This document shows positions 39,642-52,268 of a stretch of DNA of 64,000 nucleotides, piece after piece; within the stretch, counting starts at the first letter, position 1, and each line of letters opens with the position of its first letter. The stretch covers positions 26,042,001-26,106,000 of the forward strand of contig CM052817.1 in NCBI GenBank assembly GCA_028534125.1, in the 5' to 3' direction. Made by a program: the position numbers and the translations under genes. This stretch comes from Lama glama (lineage: Eukaryota). The notes beneath the pieces were generated by a model. The model saw only the letters and a program-made list of their open reading frames with translations. It had not been told where the DNA came from and ran no database searches.

Positions 39642-39803
39642 AGTTGCTAATATGGAAGATTTGTGAAGTGAAAAAAAAACAAGTTTCAGAAATATATATA
39701 AAAGATGATCCAGTCCTGCGGGGGGCCACTCATGACCTGAGGGCTGCCGAGCACAGAAACTGGGCCTAAACTCCCAGAGTGCGGGGCGTCAGGCTCTAAG
39801 GCT

Positions 39804-40303
39804 NNNNNNNNNNNNNNNNNNNNNNNNNNNNNNNNNNNNNNNNNNNNNNNNNNNNNNNNNNNNNNNNNNNNNNNNNNNNNNNNNNNNNNNNNNNNNNNNN
39901 NNNNNNNNNNNNNNNNNNNNNNNNNNNNNNNNNNNNNNNNNNNNNNNNNNNNNNNNNNNNNNNNNNNNNNNNNNNNNNNNNNNNNNNNNNNNNNNNNNNN
40001 NNNNNNNNNNNNNNNNNNNNNNNNNNNNNNNNNNNNNNNNNNNNNNNNNNNNNNNNNNNNNNNNNNNNNNNNNNNNNNNNNNNNNNNNNNNNNNNNNNNN
40101 NNNNNNNNNNNNNNNNNNNNNNNNNNNNNNNNNNNNNNNNNNNNNNNNNNNNNNNNNNNNNNNNNNNNNNNNNNNNNNNNNNNNNNNNNNNNNNNNNNNN
40201 NNNNNNNNNNNNNNNNNNNNNNNNNNNNNNNNNNNNNNNNNNNNNNNNNNNNNNNNNNNNNNNNNNNNNNNNNNNNNNNNNNNNNNNNNNNNNNNNNNNN
40301 NNN
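39804..40303. other. Assembly gap 2 (500 N); left boundary of the inverted block
   Basis: Run of N. Confidence 0.99.
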
Positions 40304-40444
40304 TGTCCAGTTTTCCCAACACCATTTGCTGAAGAGACTGTCTTTATTCCACTGTATATTCTTGCCTCCTTTGTTGAAGATGAGTTGACCAAAAGTTTGT
40401 GGGTTCATTTCTGGGCTCTCTATTCTGTTCCATTGGTCTATATG
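40304..40444 (-). mobile_element. 5' start of a truncated young L1 (ORF2) running into gap 2; partner of the tail at 59300-59647
   Basis: Uninterrupted ORF2 peptide [35 protein letters not shown], immediately preceded on the minus strand by TAAAATGGTTTTGAA (40445-40459). Confidence 0.92.
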
Positions 40445-41371
40445 TTCAAAACCATTTTAAAAGAGGACTGAAGATTTATTTGAGTCTGAAATTTAGTTAC
40501 CTGCCTGAATATCAGCAATAATGGCATTTACTATTTTGGAGTATATATGCCAGTCCCTTGACTTCCTTTATATACTTTGTGTTTAGCTACCATATCAACC
40601 CTCCAAGTCAGATATTGTTACCCCTAACTTACACTGGAGGAAATAGGTCTGCTTAGATAAGTTGCCTAAGGTAAAGCTACTGGGACTGTTAGGATTCAAA
40701 CCCGTTTTTCCTTGACCCAAAGTTCCTGTGCTTTATGTTACAGAGTGTCGACTTGTCTTTTTTGTTTTACAGAATCATGGAAGTTACAATAAGTAAACTT
40801 ACTTGTTTTTTCAGCTGTCAGAATATGTTAATAAGACTGCTGTCATGAATTGTTTTATTCTGTTTAAACCTAAATTGGATATGCATTTCTAATAGTTCCT
40901 CCTTTTTGTTTTTTACACACAACATGCTTGTTATTGAAAAGCTGCAAAAGATAGTGATATATAAAACCAACTACAAAAGCTATATTCCTCATTCAGAAGT
41001 CATCTCTGTACATATATTTCCTTCCAATCTTTTACTTTTTAAATCTTTGATGCAAATGAGATGTAATGCTCACATCAGCTTGTATCCTTTTGTGGGAGGT
41101 GGGGTGGGTTTTTAACATAGTGAGCTTTTTACCATGGCCTTAGAGACTTTCTAAATTGATTTTAACTGGCTAAATTTTGTAAGATATTTTGAAAAACTGA
41201 TTTACTTGAACTTTTCATTTAATGTTGGGCATGAATGTAGTTTTCACCATTATAAATAATATGGTGAACCATGGCTTTAAATAGTTAACCCAAGGTCTGA
41301 ATAGTTAGAGCAACCATTCTAATTATTTAAAAAATTATAATTATGACATTTTAGTGATTTGAAATGTGATT

Positions 41372-41513
41372 TTTAAAAAATTATTTTTACGTTTTTGGAG
41401 GGGAAGTAATAAGGTTTTTATTTATTTATTTTTAATGGAGGTACTGGGGACTGAACCCAGGACTGAACCCTACCACTGAGCTGCACCCTACCACTGAGCT
41501 ATATCCTACCTCC
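41372..41513 (-). mobile_element. vic-1-like SINE, internally rearranged
   Basis: tttatttattttaatggaggtactggggactgaacccagg...ccactgagctatatcc, homologous to 1905-2037. Confidence 0.85.
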
Positions 41514-42596
41514 TGAAATATGGTGATTTTAATCATAGTTGAGCTAGTATATACAGCATACCTATAGTTCTAATCCTAGAAAATTTACATGAAAATTTTT
41601 AATAGAGATTGTCTCTGAGGAGAGGAGAGCATCTTTTACTTTTGCTGTTTTGTTTCCTTAACCTTTCTGTATTGAATTTTAAAATTATAAATATGTATTG
41701 CCTTTATACTCAAAAAGTTCAACTCCTTGGAAAAATGTATATTTTTCTGAATTAAAACTAATTTTTAGGTGTATAGTAGGGCTTATATTTTGTTCATAAC
41801 ATTTAAAATTCAGTGTTCATGTTTTGAAGAAAGTTACCATCTTGTTGCTTATTTTCATACTGAATTTTCATTTCCTTTTTTAAATTTAGGTCAAAGCACA
41901 GATGTGTCTGAGCTTTGTAAAAACAGAATTGGGTTTTGCTTGACTGCTCTCATTGAAAAGTATTACAGATGCAGCGCTTTCAAATTTTAACAGCTAATAA
42001 TGATGCTTCAAATCAAATTAGGGATACAGTAAGCATCTTCTTGGTAAATGCACCAGACTTACAGGACAGTGTTCTCGTTGCTATCTTGTTTTATACTTTA
42101 TTTTTTTTAAAAGACTATTTTGTTTTTACATAATGTATATTTTGATGCTTCGTTACTCTTATTAAAGATAATCTAGAAGAAACTAACTTGCTTAAAATTT
42201 TTGAAGACTTTTTTTTTAAATCTGTGGTGCTCATTCAACTTTCATTTTTTAAAATAACATTACTTTCTTTATCACAGTGGTTTTAAGCATTTTCCCTGTC
42301 GTCATGAATGACATTTACATGCATCTTTGTGCAGATATGTCATCTAGGCTGTAGCATGGTTGAGAGAAGCTGTGAGTTACATGAGTTGGGAGAGCAGTAG
42401 CCGTAACTCTTTTCTGCTAAAAAAAAATCATATAGGCAAGGAAGTGAATGGGAGTGATAGTATGAAAAAGTCTTGATTCCACTTTACTTTATTTGAATGA
42501 TGTAAATCAATCACAGACGTGTAACATTACTTGTGATGTACCTCACAGTTCAGAACATACAAGTATTTTGAAATACAGCTGTTGAAAACTGGTTTC

Positions 42597-42703
42597 TTTT
42601 TTTTTTTTTCTTATTCTTTTTTTTATTGAAGTACTGTCAGTTACAGTGTATCAATTTCTGGTGTACAGCACAATGTCCCAGTCATGCATATACATACATA
42701 CAT
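42597..42703 (-). mobile_element. Short L1 3' end
   Basis: poly(T)-tttattgaagtactgtcagttacagtgtatcaatttctggtgtacagcac, flanked by gaaaactggtttctt / gaaaacctgtttctt. Confidence 0.8.
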
Positions 42704-44691
42704 TTGGAAAACCTGTTTCTTAACATTTGTAAATAACATATCCATTATGATTTGTGATCACAGAATGTGGAATTTTTATATCATCTTCTGTAGAATTTTT
42801 CTGTTTATAACTTATGAAAAACAGCCTTTTCCCCTGAGTTTAAAATCTTTTATTCAGAATGTGACTAAGTAATACTCGAGTAGAAATTTCAGAAAACATA
42901 TGGAGAATATGAAACTTTTGGTTAAGATAATTGAATATAAACAAAGATGATTCAATTGGAAAGTTTTCCTTTGTTTGACCATTTACAATAAATTTTACCC
43001 CTGGACCTTGAGAGAATCTTAGAGATTGTATAAGAGTAACAACTAGGGAAGGACAGGAAATTCATAGGTGAGGGGCCGAGATTCAGAACAGAAGACTTTT
43101 TTTCTTCCCTTTCCCTTTTATGCAGAAGAGTGATAGCTGAGCTCCAGGGGAATACAACACGCCAAAGCTATACAGAGAACTTGTGCTGAGGATTGATGAT
43201 ACATTTCAAAAATAAGGGCTTATAGCTGAATTGGCCCAGAGCCTTTTACAGTTTACAAAGCACTCTTACAAATTCTCACTTGATCCTTGGACAACCCTTT
43301 AAAATGAATAGCTATCTCTCTTATTTTATAGATAGAGAAACTGAAGTCACAGAGAGGGTAATTTACCATTTCTCAGTAGTGCCATAACTTAAGTCATTTA
43401 TCTAAGATATATTCTTTCTGCTATCCTGTGCTGTTTTTAGCAAATGTTGCCTAAGGTGATTCCTAGAATACAGTCAAATATAGGTAAGGAAAAAGGGTGG
43501 CTGAGGAGAAAGAAGGTACCGTTTAAGATGTAGGAAAATAGGATCCCATTAACTGAGAATTTCCAGAAAAGTGATCACAGCCCCAGGGTGGACCTTTAAC
43601 AGACTCCTGTGCTGCAGAGACTTGGAGGAATTGAGAGAGAAGGAGATTCTTGATAACCTTGAAGAGTTCAGCTTTTAATAAAAATTCTTATTTTGTAGTT
43701 GGCTTTATTCCTTTGATAACTATGTAAGTTTAAAAAGCTAGAGATCTAATCTGATCTTAGAAACAATAATTAGTACATATATGAAAACTAAAAAAAATTG
43801 CAGTATAATGTATATATGCATTTACATGCAATATAATGTGTATGTGCAGTCGAACTGTAATAATTCTACATAATAAAACTGAAAAAAGGAAAAAAAAGAG
43901 GTAAAGAAATTCTTGATAACCTTGAAGAGTTCAGCTTTTAATAAAAATGGGATAGAAGTAAGTTAAGTTAGCCAAGTAGTTGCTTTCTTGAGGTTTCTCC
44001 AGAGAGATTATCACAGAAATCATTTGTGACATTTATTTTGGCTGTTAATGATATACTGGTATATAATTATATTATTATTATATGAATGAAGTATAATAAT
44101 TAACTTGATTGCAATCTCTTGGAGGTAGGGCCTGCCTTTTATTTCTTCTGTATCCTCCTCTGAACTCTTCTGCCAAGTCCCCTGGGGACTTGTTACATAC
44201 ATCCTTTCCAGAAAGAGAAGTGAGAGAAGACATGGGTTTGAGAGAAGGGAGAGAAGTCACCTCCATTGCGTGACTTTGGGTAAGTTACTGAAGCTCTCTG
44301 GGCCTCAGTTCTTTCCTCTTTAAATGCGGGGGTGAGAACGGCTGCATCCCCAAAGTTAGTAACAGTACCACTGCGAAATTGTAATTTGTTGACTGTGGAT
44401 AAATGAGGACTAGGCATTGTCTCATCTCTACCTTATCTGTGCAGTGATATCTTGCAGGGGCCTCCTGCTTATTCTGACCTTGTTTCTTCTACACTTTCCT
44501 ATTCCACTCTGTGAAAAACAAACATTTGGTTGTCATTCTGTCTAGCCTGCTCTAGTCACTTCCTTCTGAATAGTCTGCACTCTGAAAGAGTATCTTTAAG
44601 CTTTTTGTTATCCTGTAAAAATGTTTTATAAGATTTTCAGAGGCAGTTTTTATTATATTTTCTCTTACAAATAGCTCATTTTAGATGGAAC

Positions 44692-45097
44692 TGTCAACTT
44701 GAGAAAAAATGTACAACTTGAGAGCTGTGAGTTGAGTTTATTCAGTGTCTTACTGAGGACTGTAGCACAAGAGACAGCCTCTCAGATAGCTCAGAGAACT
44801 GCTCCAAAGTAAGGGAGGCACTGGTATTTATACGTACAGTGAAGTGAAAGGTTATTACTAGTCACAAGGACCATATATCTCAATTATAGTGCTTTTCTGT
44901 GTATGGCAAGATGCAAGAATCTAGGGTCATTGGAATTCTTCATTAGAAATGCATTTTAACTATCTAGGGGATCATATATCCAAAACAGAATGCTTCATCC
45001 TAAATTCTTTCAGGGTGGAGTTAAAGGTCAGCAGCTGCAGGGGCTGATGACTTGATCCTTGTAGAACTGGAATGACTGGCAGCATTCTTTGTTTACA
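44692..45097 (-). mobile_element. ERV1-type solo LTR (MER41-like)
   Basis: TGT...ACA termini; cttactgaggactgtagc...agacagcctctcagatagctc resembles MER41-class LTR sequence. Confidence 0.6.
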
Positions 45098-47509
45098 AAC
45101 AATATAGGGTCACCCTATTGGATCAATATAGGGAGTACGATAAGAAATTTGTGACTATAATTGCTTGACTATTAATTTGAATTTTAAAAATCTGTCATGG
45201 TACAATTCAGGAAGTCTTAATTCCTAAGCACAGAGAATTGTGGTATTTAGGGTGTATAGTGGGGTTTATTTCAACATTTAAATTTAAAAAATAACTTAAA
45301 CTTCTCCCAGGCATAGCTTTAGCACAGTTTTTAACAAATAATGATTGATTGATTTGAACTTGAGTTTGTATCCTTTCCTTGCCCACTTCCCATTAGAGAA
45401 TCAGAGATGCAAATGTATGTCATCAGTAAGAAGTATTAGGATGTCAGTTGATGATTATCTAATTTCTGTACTGCTCTAAAGTTGTCTTTATAATAGTGAA
45501 ACAAATATAACTAGCATGATTGGTCATATCTGACATGTGGACTGAGTCCTGGTCAGGAATTGACGTGATTTCCTGTCCAAGGTCTGTCTCATACTGTATA
45601 GATGTGTAATCATGGTTAAATTATTAGCTTATCAGAACCTATTTTCCTCATTTTAAAAAAGGGCTAACTTTCCTGCTTTGACTTTGTCAGAGGGCTGTTG
45701 TTAACATATAAAAGTATTTAGTAAAGCTATAAGCAAGTATAAACTATTACCAAGTATAGCCATGTTTGAGATGCATTTCTGATAAAGGAATAAAGCAAAT
45801 GAATACATTACAAAATGATGTATTGTATATGAATAAATCTGAACAGCTTATTACATTAAGATGTTGGGTCATCTGGTAAAAGTAATCCCAACTACTAAAT
45901 ATAGCATATCAGTATACTGTATAATAATGATAGTATTACAGAAATTGACAGACAAATATTATGTTCTCCCTGTTTAATATGAAAGGTAGTTGGAGTTTTG
46001 GAATAGCTCTGCTCATTTGGTTGATCAGCTTTCTGATTGGCTACTGGGTAAAAACTCGGGATCAGAAAGCTATTTCTAGAAAAAAATTATTTTTAGAGGT
46101 GAGTAATTACCTCTGTGACATAATTGGGAATAAGTTTAAAAATAGAGTAGAGAGCAAACTCAAGTGTAGTCTCCCTGAATGTGTTGGGGACAGTTCTAGC
46201 AGTTTCTAGCATATGTTTCACTTTTTTGGTTTTATAACTTTGGAGCTTTAACCAGTAACATTGATGCTTTTTAGATAAAAAATGCATAGAATGCTTTTTC
46301 TGAGTTTTCCATTTCATTGACCAACCTCCCTATTTTCTGTCATGTAAAAACAAATTGCATGCTTTCTATCTAAATTGTTAGTTTATATTTTGTTCTTGCT
46401 GTGGGTTTTTATTTTTTAAATGGAAAGAATTTTGATATGGTTCTTGATTACTGTAAAGATTTGGCTATTTGAAAAGATGATTTTATTATAAATCACATTC
46501 TTCAAATTACAGTAGAAAGAGTTTTCATCCTCTGACCTTGAATCAGGCTTGGTTATCCCTGCTTCCTCAAGAAGAGCCCTATGTTTGCATGGGGAGGAAG
46601 CAGAGCAGTTTTTGTTTTGTGTTTCTATGAAAATGTATTTTTTTAAAATTTAGATATATTTGAAATTTTTAGTGCTAAAAGGTAGAATGGTATAATGAAT
46701 CCCTGTGTATCCATCAACTGGCTTCAACAGTCATTCACCTCATGGCTGTTTTTTTGTCTTTATCTCCCCCTTTGCAGGATTATTTCCAACTAGATCTCAG
46801 GCATAATATCTCTTTAACTGGAAATAGTGGGATCTCTCAGGGATAAGGACTCTTTTTAGATATGACAATTGACGTTGTAGTTATGTTAAGAAAAGTTAGT
46901 CGTAAATGTCATTTAATCCACTCTGTGTTTAGAGTTCCTGATTATTTTATAATTGTCCTTTTACTGGGTTTGTTTGAATCAGGATTCAAATAAGGTCTAT
47001 ACGTAGAATTTTATTGATATGTCTTAAATCTCTAAAACTGTAACCATATCCCTACCATCTCTTAAGCTTTTATTTATTTACTTTTTACCATTTATTTGTT
47101 GAGAAATATGAGTTAGTTTTCCTTAGTTTTATTGCATCCAATTTTTCCTGATTTATATGATCATTATATGTTGTTGAAAAGTAAAATATATACAAAGTGA
47201 AAAGTAAAATCTTGTCATCCAGAAATACTCAATGTTAAAGTTTTGATACTTTTTTTTCAACTTTTTTGAGTGCCTTTTTTTATGCTTTGTGCTTTGCTTA
47301 TTTTTATATTCTATTTAATATACTTTAATATTGTGTTCTGCTCATTTCTCCATGTTATTATGAAAGAAAATGAAACATTTGGCTGCATAATAGTTCATAA
47401 TATGTATCATAGCTTAAATATTCCCTTTTAGCCAGACATTTAGATTGTTCACTATTATAAAGCTGTGATAACCTTTTTTGTACAGAAATCCTTGTATTTC
47501 AGATTTTTT

Positions 47510-47633
47510 GTTTGTTTTGGGGGGGTAATTAGGTTTGTTTGTTTGTTTGTTTAAATGGAGGTACTGGGGATTCAACCCAGGACCTCATGCATACTAAACA
47601 TGCACACTACTTCTGAGCAATACCCTCCCCTGC
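47510..47633 (-). mobile_element. vic-1-like SINE
   Basis: Homologous to 1905-2037. TSD TTCAGATTTTTT at 47498-47509 / 47634-47645. Confidence 0.88.
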
Positions 47634-49969
47634 TTCAGATTTTTTTTTTATATAACCTTAGAAGTGGAATTATTCAAAGGGCATGAACATTTTTTAACTT
47701 CTAATTCATAGTGTCATGAAGTTATTATCATTTGTGATCTCAAATGCAGTTTCCAATTTAAGAATCTATTTGCATATGCTCCATGTTATTAAGATGTCTT
47801 TGCTCATCATATTAGTAGAATGTGGTTTTTTTCCCCAATTCTTTTGCTCTTTTAATTTTATTTGGAATTTTTTTTTTATGTACACATTTATGTTGTAGAT
47901 TTGTTGATATTTTTCATTGTATGTATCTTTAGGAAGTTCTTCCACTAGGGTCAAATAAATATTTACCTAAATTTTTTTCTAGAATACTGATGAATTTTTT
48001 TCCTTCTTAATTGCTAGCAGGTTTTCCTAGGGACTATTTATTAAAATATTGATCTCCTCCTCATTTATTTGTGATTCAAGTTTGAGATATACACACATAC
48101 ATTTTATGATTGTATTTGTGGTTCAAAAAATTCTAGAAGAAAGAGTTGATTTCCTGTTCACTGGGTTGTAATATTATCTCTTATCCCTCTCCTCACTCCA
48201 CGTTTTTGTTTTTTCTCCTCTATTTCCCAGCTATAGTATGTATCCAGATGTCTTTGATTCTGAGTGTGCCTTGGGAAAACACCTGAAACAAAACTAGTTT
48301 AGTTCTTGTCTTCTTCATTTTCCTTCTGTTTTATGTGTACTTTTAAAATGAATTCCCATTTGCCTTTATTTGAAACTCAATTTACAAAACATTACCAGAA
48401 CATTATACCAATATTAATAGTTTGTGGTGTATACTCTGTTGTTTCAGCATTTTAAGTCTCTTAATTTTTTTTTTAAGTCTCTTAATTTTTAAGCTTCCAC
48501 CAGAGGATGAGTAGAGGAAGGGAAAGGTAAACATTGAAAACTGATTTTTGCACAGAATGATTACCTCAGATTTAGAGCAAAGGCTGACTTTAGAAGTATT
48601 GATTGTGTGGTCTGTTCATATACTTGGTCATTTCTCATTGATAATGAGACTTAGTTTATTTTGTAACACATTTCTGTACAGAGTTTAAAATCCCTTTTAT
48701 TGTATAATAACCCTAGCCAGCAAATTCAATGATGACAGAGGGTCAGATAGAGGATTAAGATGATTTAGCATATTCAATTCAAGAGAAAAATTGAGATATA
48801 ATTATTTGTCACTAGAGCTAATCATTCTAATATTGGAATAACAAGAAGCTTACTGTAAGGTTATTCTTTTAAAAAGTTAATATTCAGAAGACAAAACAGT
48901 ATACAATGAAAAGTGTCCTTATTAGTTCTGTCCCTAGCTACTTAGGCCCCGTTTCCAGAGGCAACCAATGATGTAATCATTTCTAAATGCTAAAGTCTTA
49001 AGGCTTTAAACCATTTGCAAACATCTCTTCATAGGTAAAAATTTATCTTTAAGTTATTAATGCGTGGGAGTTTTGGCATCAACATTTAGTATTTATTTTG
49101 GATAGAATCTTGTTTACATGTGTATGGAAATGTTTACATATATGTACAGATTTACATAACCATATGTAAATATGTGATTTGATTTAAAAAGTACAATGCA
49201 GTAGAGAAAATTAGGAAAACAAGATAAATATCTGATCACTTTAACAGAACCAGTATAATCATTTAAATGTAGAATACTTCCTCCCTAGGTTTAAATTCTG
49301 CACATACAGTCATTCTACATACTTTTTTCTCTTAACCACAGGAATTTCACATTGAGCATACTGGATTTATGACTCATTTCTTATGAGGGAGATGAATTTC
49401 TTAGTAATATTGCTCTTGGAAGCAGGGAACTAACCTTTATTGAAAAAGAGGGGAAACTAGAGATTGGCAAGAGTAGAGAGGTTAAATAAGGGTACATATT
49501 TTTATAATCCAACCTTGAGAAAAATAAGGGAAAAAGCAAGTTATACTAATTCTGGGTTCTTAGAACTGACTGCTCTTCTTTTTTCTTCTTATCTTTTTCC
49601 TGGGGTGGGTGGAGGTAGGAATGGATCTGAGATGTGTAGAGGATAAGCTGACATTTTGTTACCTTTTGAATGCTTGCACAGAAGGACAGGAATGCCTAAT
49701 ACACAGTACTTTGCATCAAATTAAAATTAATTTATAAGCTGCTTGGTAGCATTACAGGGAGGGCAATCCCAAACAGTTTTGGGAGAACAGTGAATGATTG
49801 TGGAATTATTAATACATTGCCCAGTATTAGTAACTTAAGATAAATAAAATATCAATAACAGTCTGTTTCTTTTATCATTTTTAAGTACTTTCCTAGGATC
49901 ACCTGGAAGTAGTGTTAGTCGGCTTTGTCTCCTCCGGTCTGTGATAGTTTTGTAAGCTTTCCTTTTTTT

Positions 49970-50360
49970 TTTTTTAAATGTCTTTGACAGTTTTGAAGAG
50001 TATTGGGTAGCTGTTTTTTAGAATTCGCCTCAACTTGGGTTTGATGATTTTTCTCATGACTAGACTTGGTGTTACAGTTTGGGGGAAGAATACTATAGGG
50101 TGATGTGCTCTTCTCATCCCATCATACCAAAGGTACATGGTATCAAATCAGTAATGATGTTTACCTTGATCTTTTGGTTAAGGTAGTGTCTGCTAGGTTT
50201 CTCTACTGTAAAGTTACCTTCTCTTTCTGAATTCTGTCTTTTAGAAATGAGTCACTAAGTCTAGTCCACATTCAGAGTCCAGGAGGGTTAAGCTTCACCT
50301 CCTAAAGGGCGATAAATTTGCTAATATTACTTGGAATTCTGTAATGAAGATTTGTCCCTT
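49970..50360 (-). mobile_element. Old L1MC-type 3' region relic
   Basis: ctttgacagttttgaagagtattggg...ttttctcatgactagactt...ccttgatcttttggttaaggtagtgtctgctaggtttctctactgtaaagttac. Confidence 0.7.
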
Positions 50361-52181
50361 TCCCTCCTTCTCCCCCATCCCCCACCTCTATTGGAGTATT
50401 TTAAAGGACACTGATAAGAACATTTTTATAGTTCTTGATACATATTGCCAAATTACATTCCAGAAGGGTCATAACTGTTAACTGTTGGACTAGCAAAATT
50501 TTTCATGGTACTTTGTGTGGTTTTTTTTTTCAGGTGAAAATTCACACTTTAATTTGTATTTTCTTAATTACTTAGTTAAGGTGACCTTTTGAAAATATTT
50601 CTGTAGTGCCCTTTTGGGGAATTATCTTTTCCCTTGGGCTTTACCTACTTCCAGTATTTTTTAGAGACTATCTTGCCTATTTAACGTGTTGTCTCTTAGA
50701 GACTTAAGAGATTTATTTAGCATGTTGCTTAGTGGCCTTTAATTTTTAATCATCTTCAGGTTTTTGTTTTTTATTCAGGTTTAGGTAAATGTCATCTAAT
50801 GATAATTCCATTCCAAATTAATGCAAGAACTATAGTGGGTTAATCTAGCATATGACTGGATTATTTGCTTCAAGCCTGCATGGCTGATTCTCCCAAGCAT
50901 TTTGTGTTAAAAATACTTTAAAAATATTTACTATATTGCAATGTGTTAGAAAAATAGCTAAACTGTTTGAAAATTACTTTTATAATCTTGAAACCTATGT
51001 TGACATTTTATTATATTTTGGGAAATTTTTTTTACCCCTAGATATTTATAAAATACCTTCTTTTAAAAAAGAAATTTAGGAGATAATAGCTTCTTTAAAA
51101 GGTACATCCCAAACGAAGTATTTTCTTCTGTAAGAGGAACCAAAATGAACTCTCATACACACATACAAACATATAAATGCTTTCCCCCCTAATCTTTAAT
51201 GTCTTGGAAGACTTTTTTTTTTTTTAACTTCATGTTAGTCTTTAACATCTATAGCAACAAAAAAATAGCTCCAGGATAAAAGAGCTGAAGTAAAATTGTC
51301 AAAAGAAAATCCAGAGTTTATTGTTTCTACCCTTCAGTTCCTCCAACTTGTACCTGGAAAAAATTAATTTGTTAGTTAAAACATTAAAGAAAGTGAAAAT
51401 ACTCTCCAAAAAATATTTCACGTTATCATTGGATGTTATTTCCAATTGCTGTCCTGGGATTTTAGATCTATTTTTCTGTGGTTTACAATTTTCTTAACTC
51501 TTTGGCTGATAGTCTGACAGATAAATATTTAAATAGAAAAATTTGTCAAAATAGATTCTTACTAATGTGGCTTTGGAGCCACCTAGAAGAAATGGAAGAA
51601 AATAACCTATAACAAGTTCTCAATCTTACTATGAGATAATGGATTGATACTAAAGAGACAAAAAGAGTTTGAAAAAGAAGAAATATAAGTGCCAATAAAC
51701 TTGAAAAGATGTGCAGCCTCATTAGAATTAGGAAATAAAATAGTGAGGCATATTTTAGGGGCCTGACATTGTGGCAAAATTTTTTTTAAATTGAATGTGT
51801 CCATGTATTATTGTAGTATTAGTGACAGTAATAATATTTTATGTAATTACTATGCTATACAATTAGTAATATGTACTGTGTGCTGTTGATAGAATTAAAA
51901 TTGGTAAAGGCTTTTTGTGAATGCCCTTAGATCTGGAGATTTCATTTTTTGTACTCAGTCCTACAAAAATATGGGCACATAGATGTTTGTTGCAACATTA
52001 TGTTAATAAAGAAATTGGAAAGGCCCTAAGTTATCTCTACTAAAGGAATGCTAAAATTATGTGTTCATGTTTTGGAGTATTATGTAGCCATTAGAAAGAA
52101 TGAAGTAGAGCTTTATATATTGAAAGTTCTCCAAAGCTTTTTATGTTACAGAGAAGCAAGTTGCAGAATATGTATAATAGG

Positions 52182-52268
52182 TTCACGTATAACTGAAAAA
52201 TTGTGCTCTACACTGGAATTTGACACAACATTGTAAAATGATTACAAATCAATAAAAAGTTAAAAAAA
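52182..52268 (+). mobile_element. 87-bp young L1 3' tip nested in an old L1M relic
   Basis: ttcacgtataactgaaaaattgtgctctacactggaatttgacacaacattgtaaaatg. TSD AGAATATGTATA(A/G)TAGG at 52165-52181 / 52269-52285. Confidence 0.85.
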
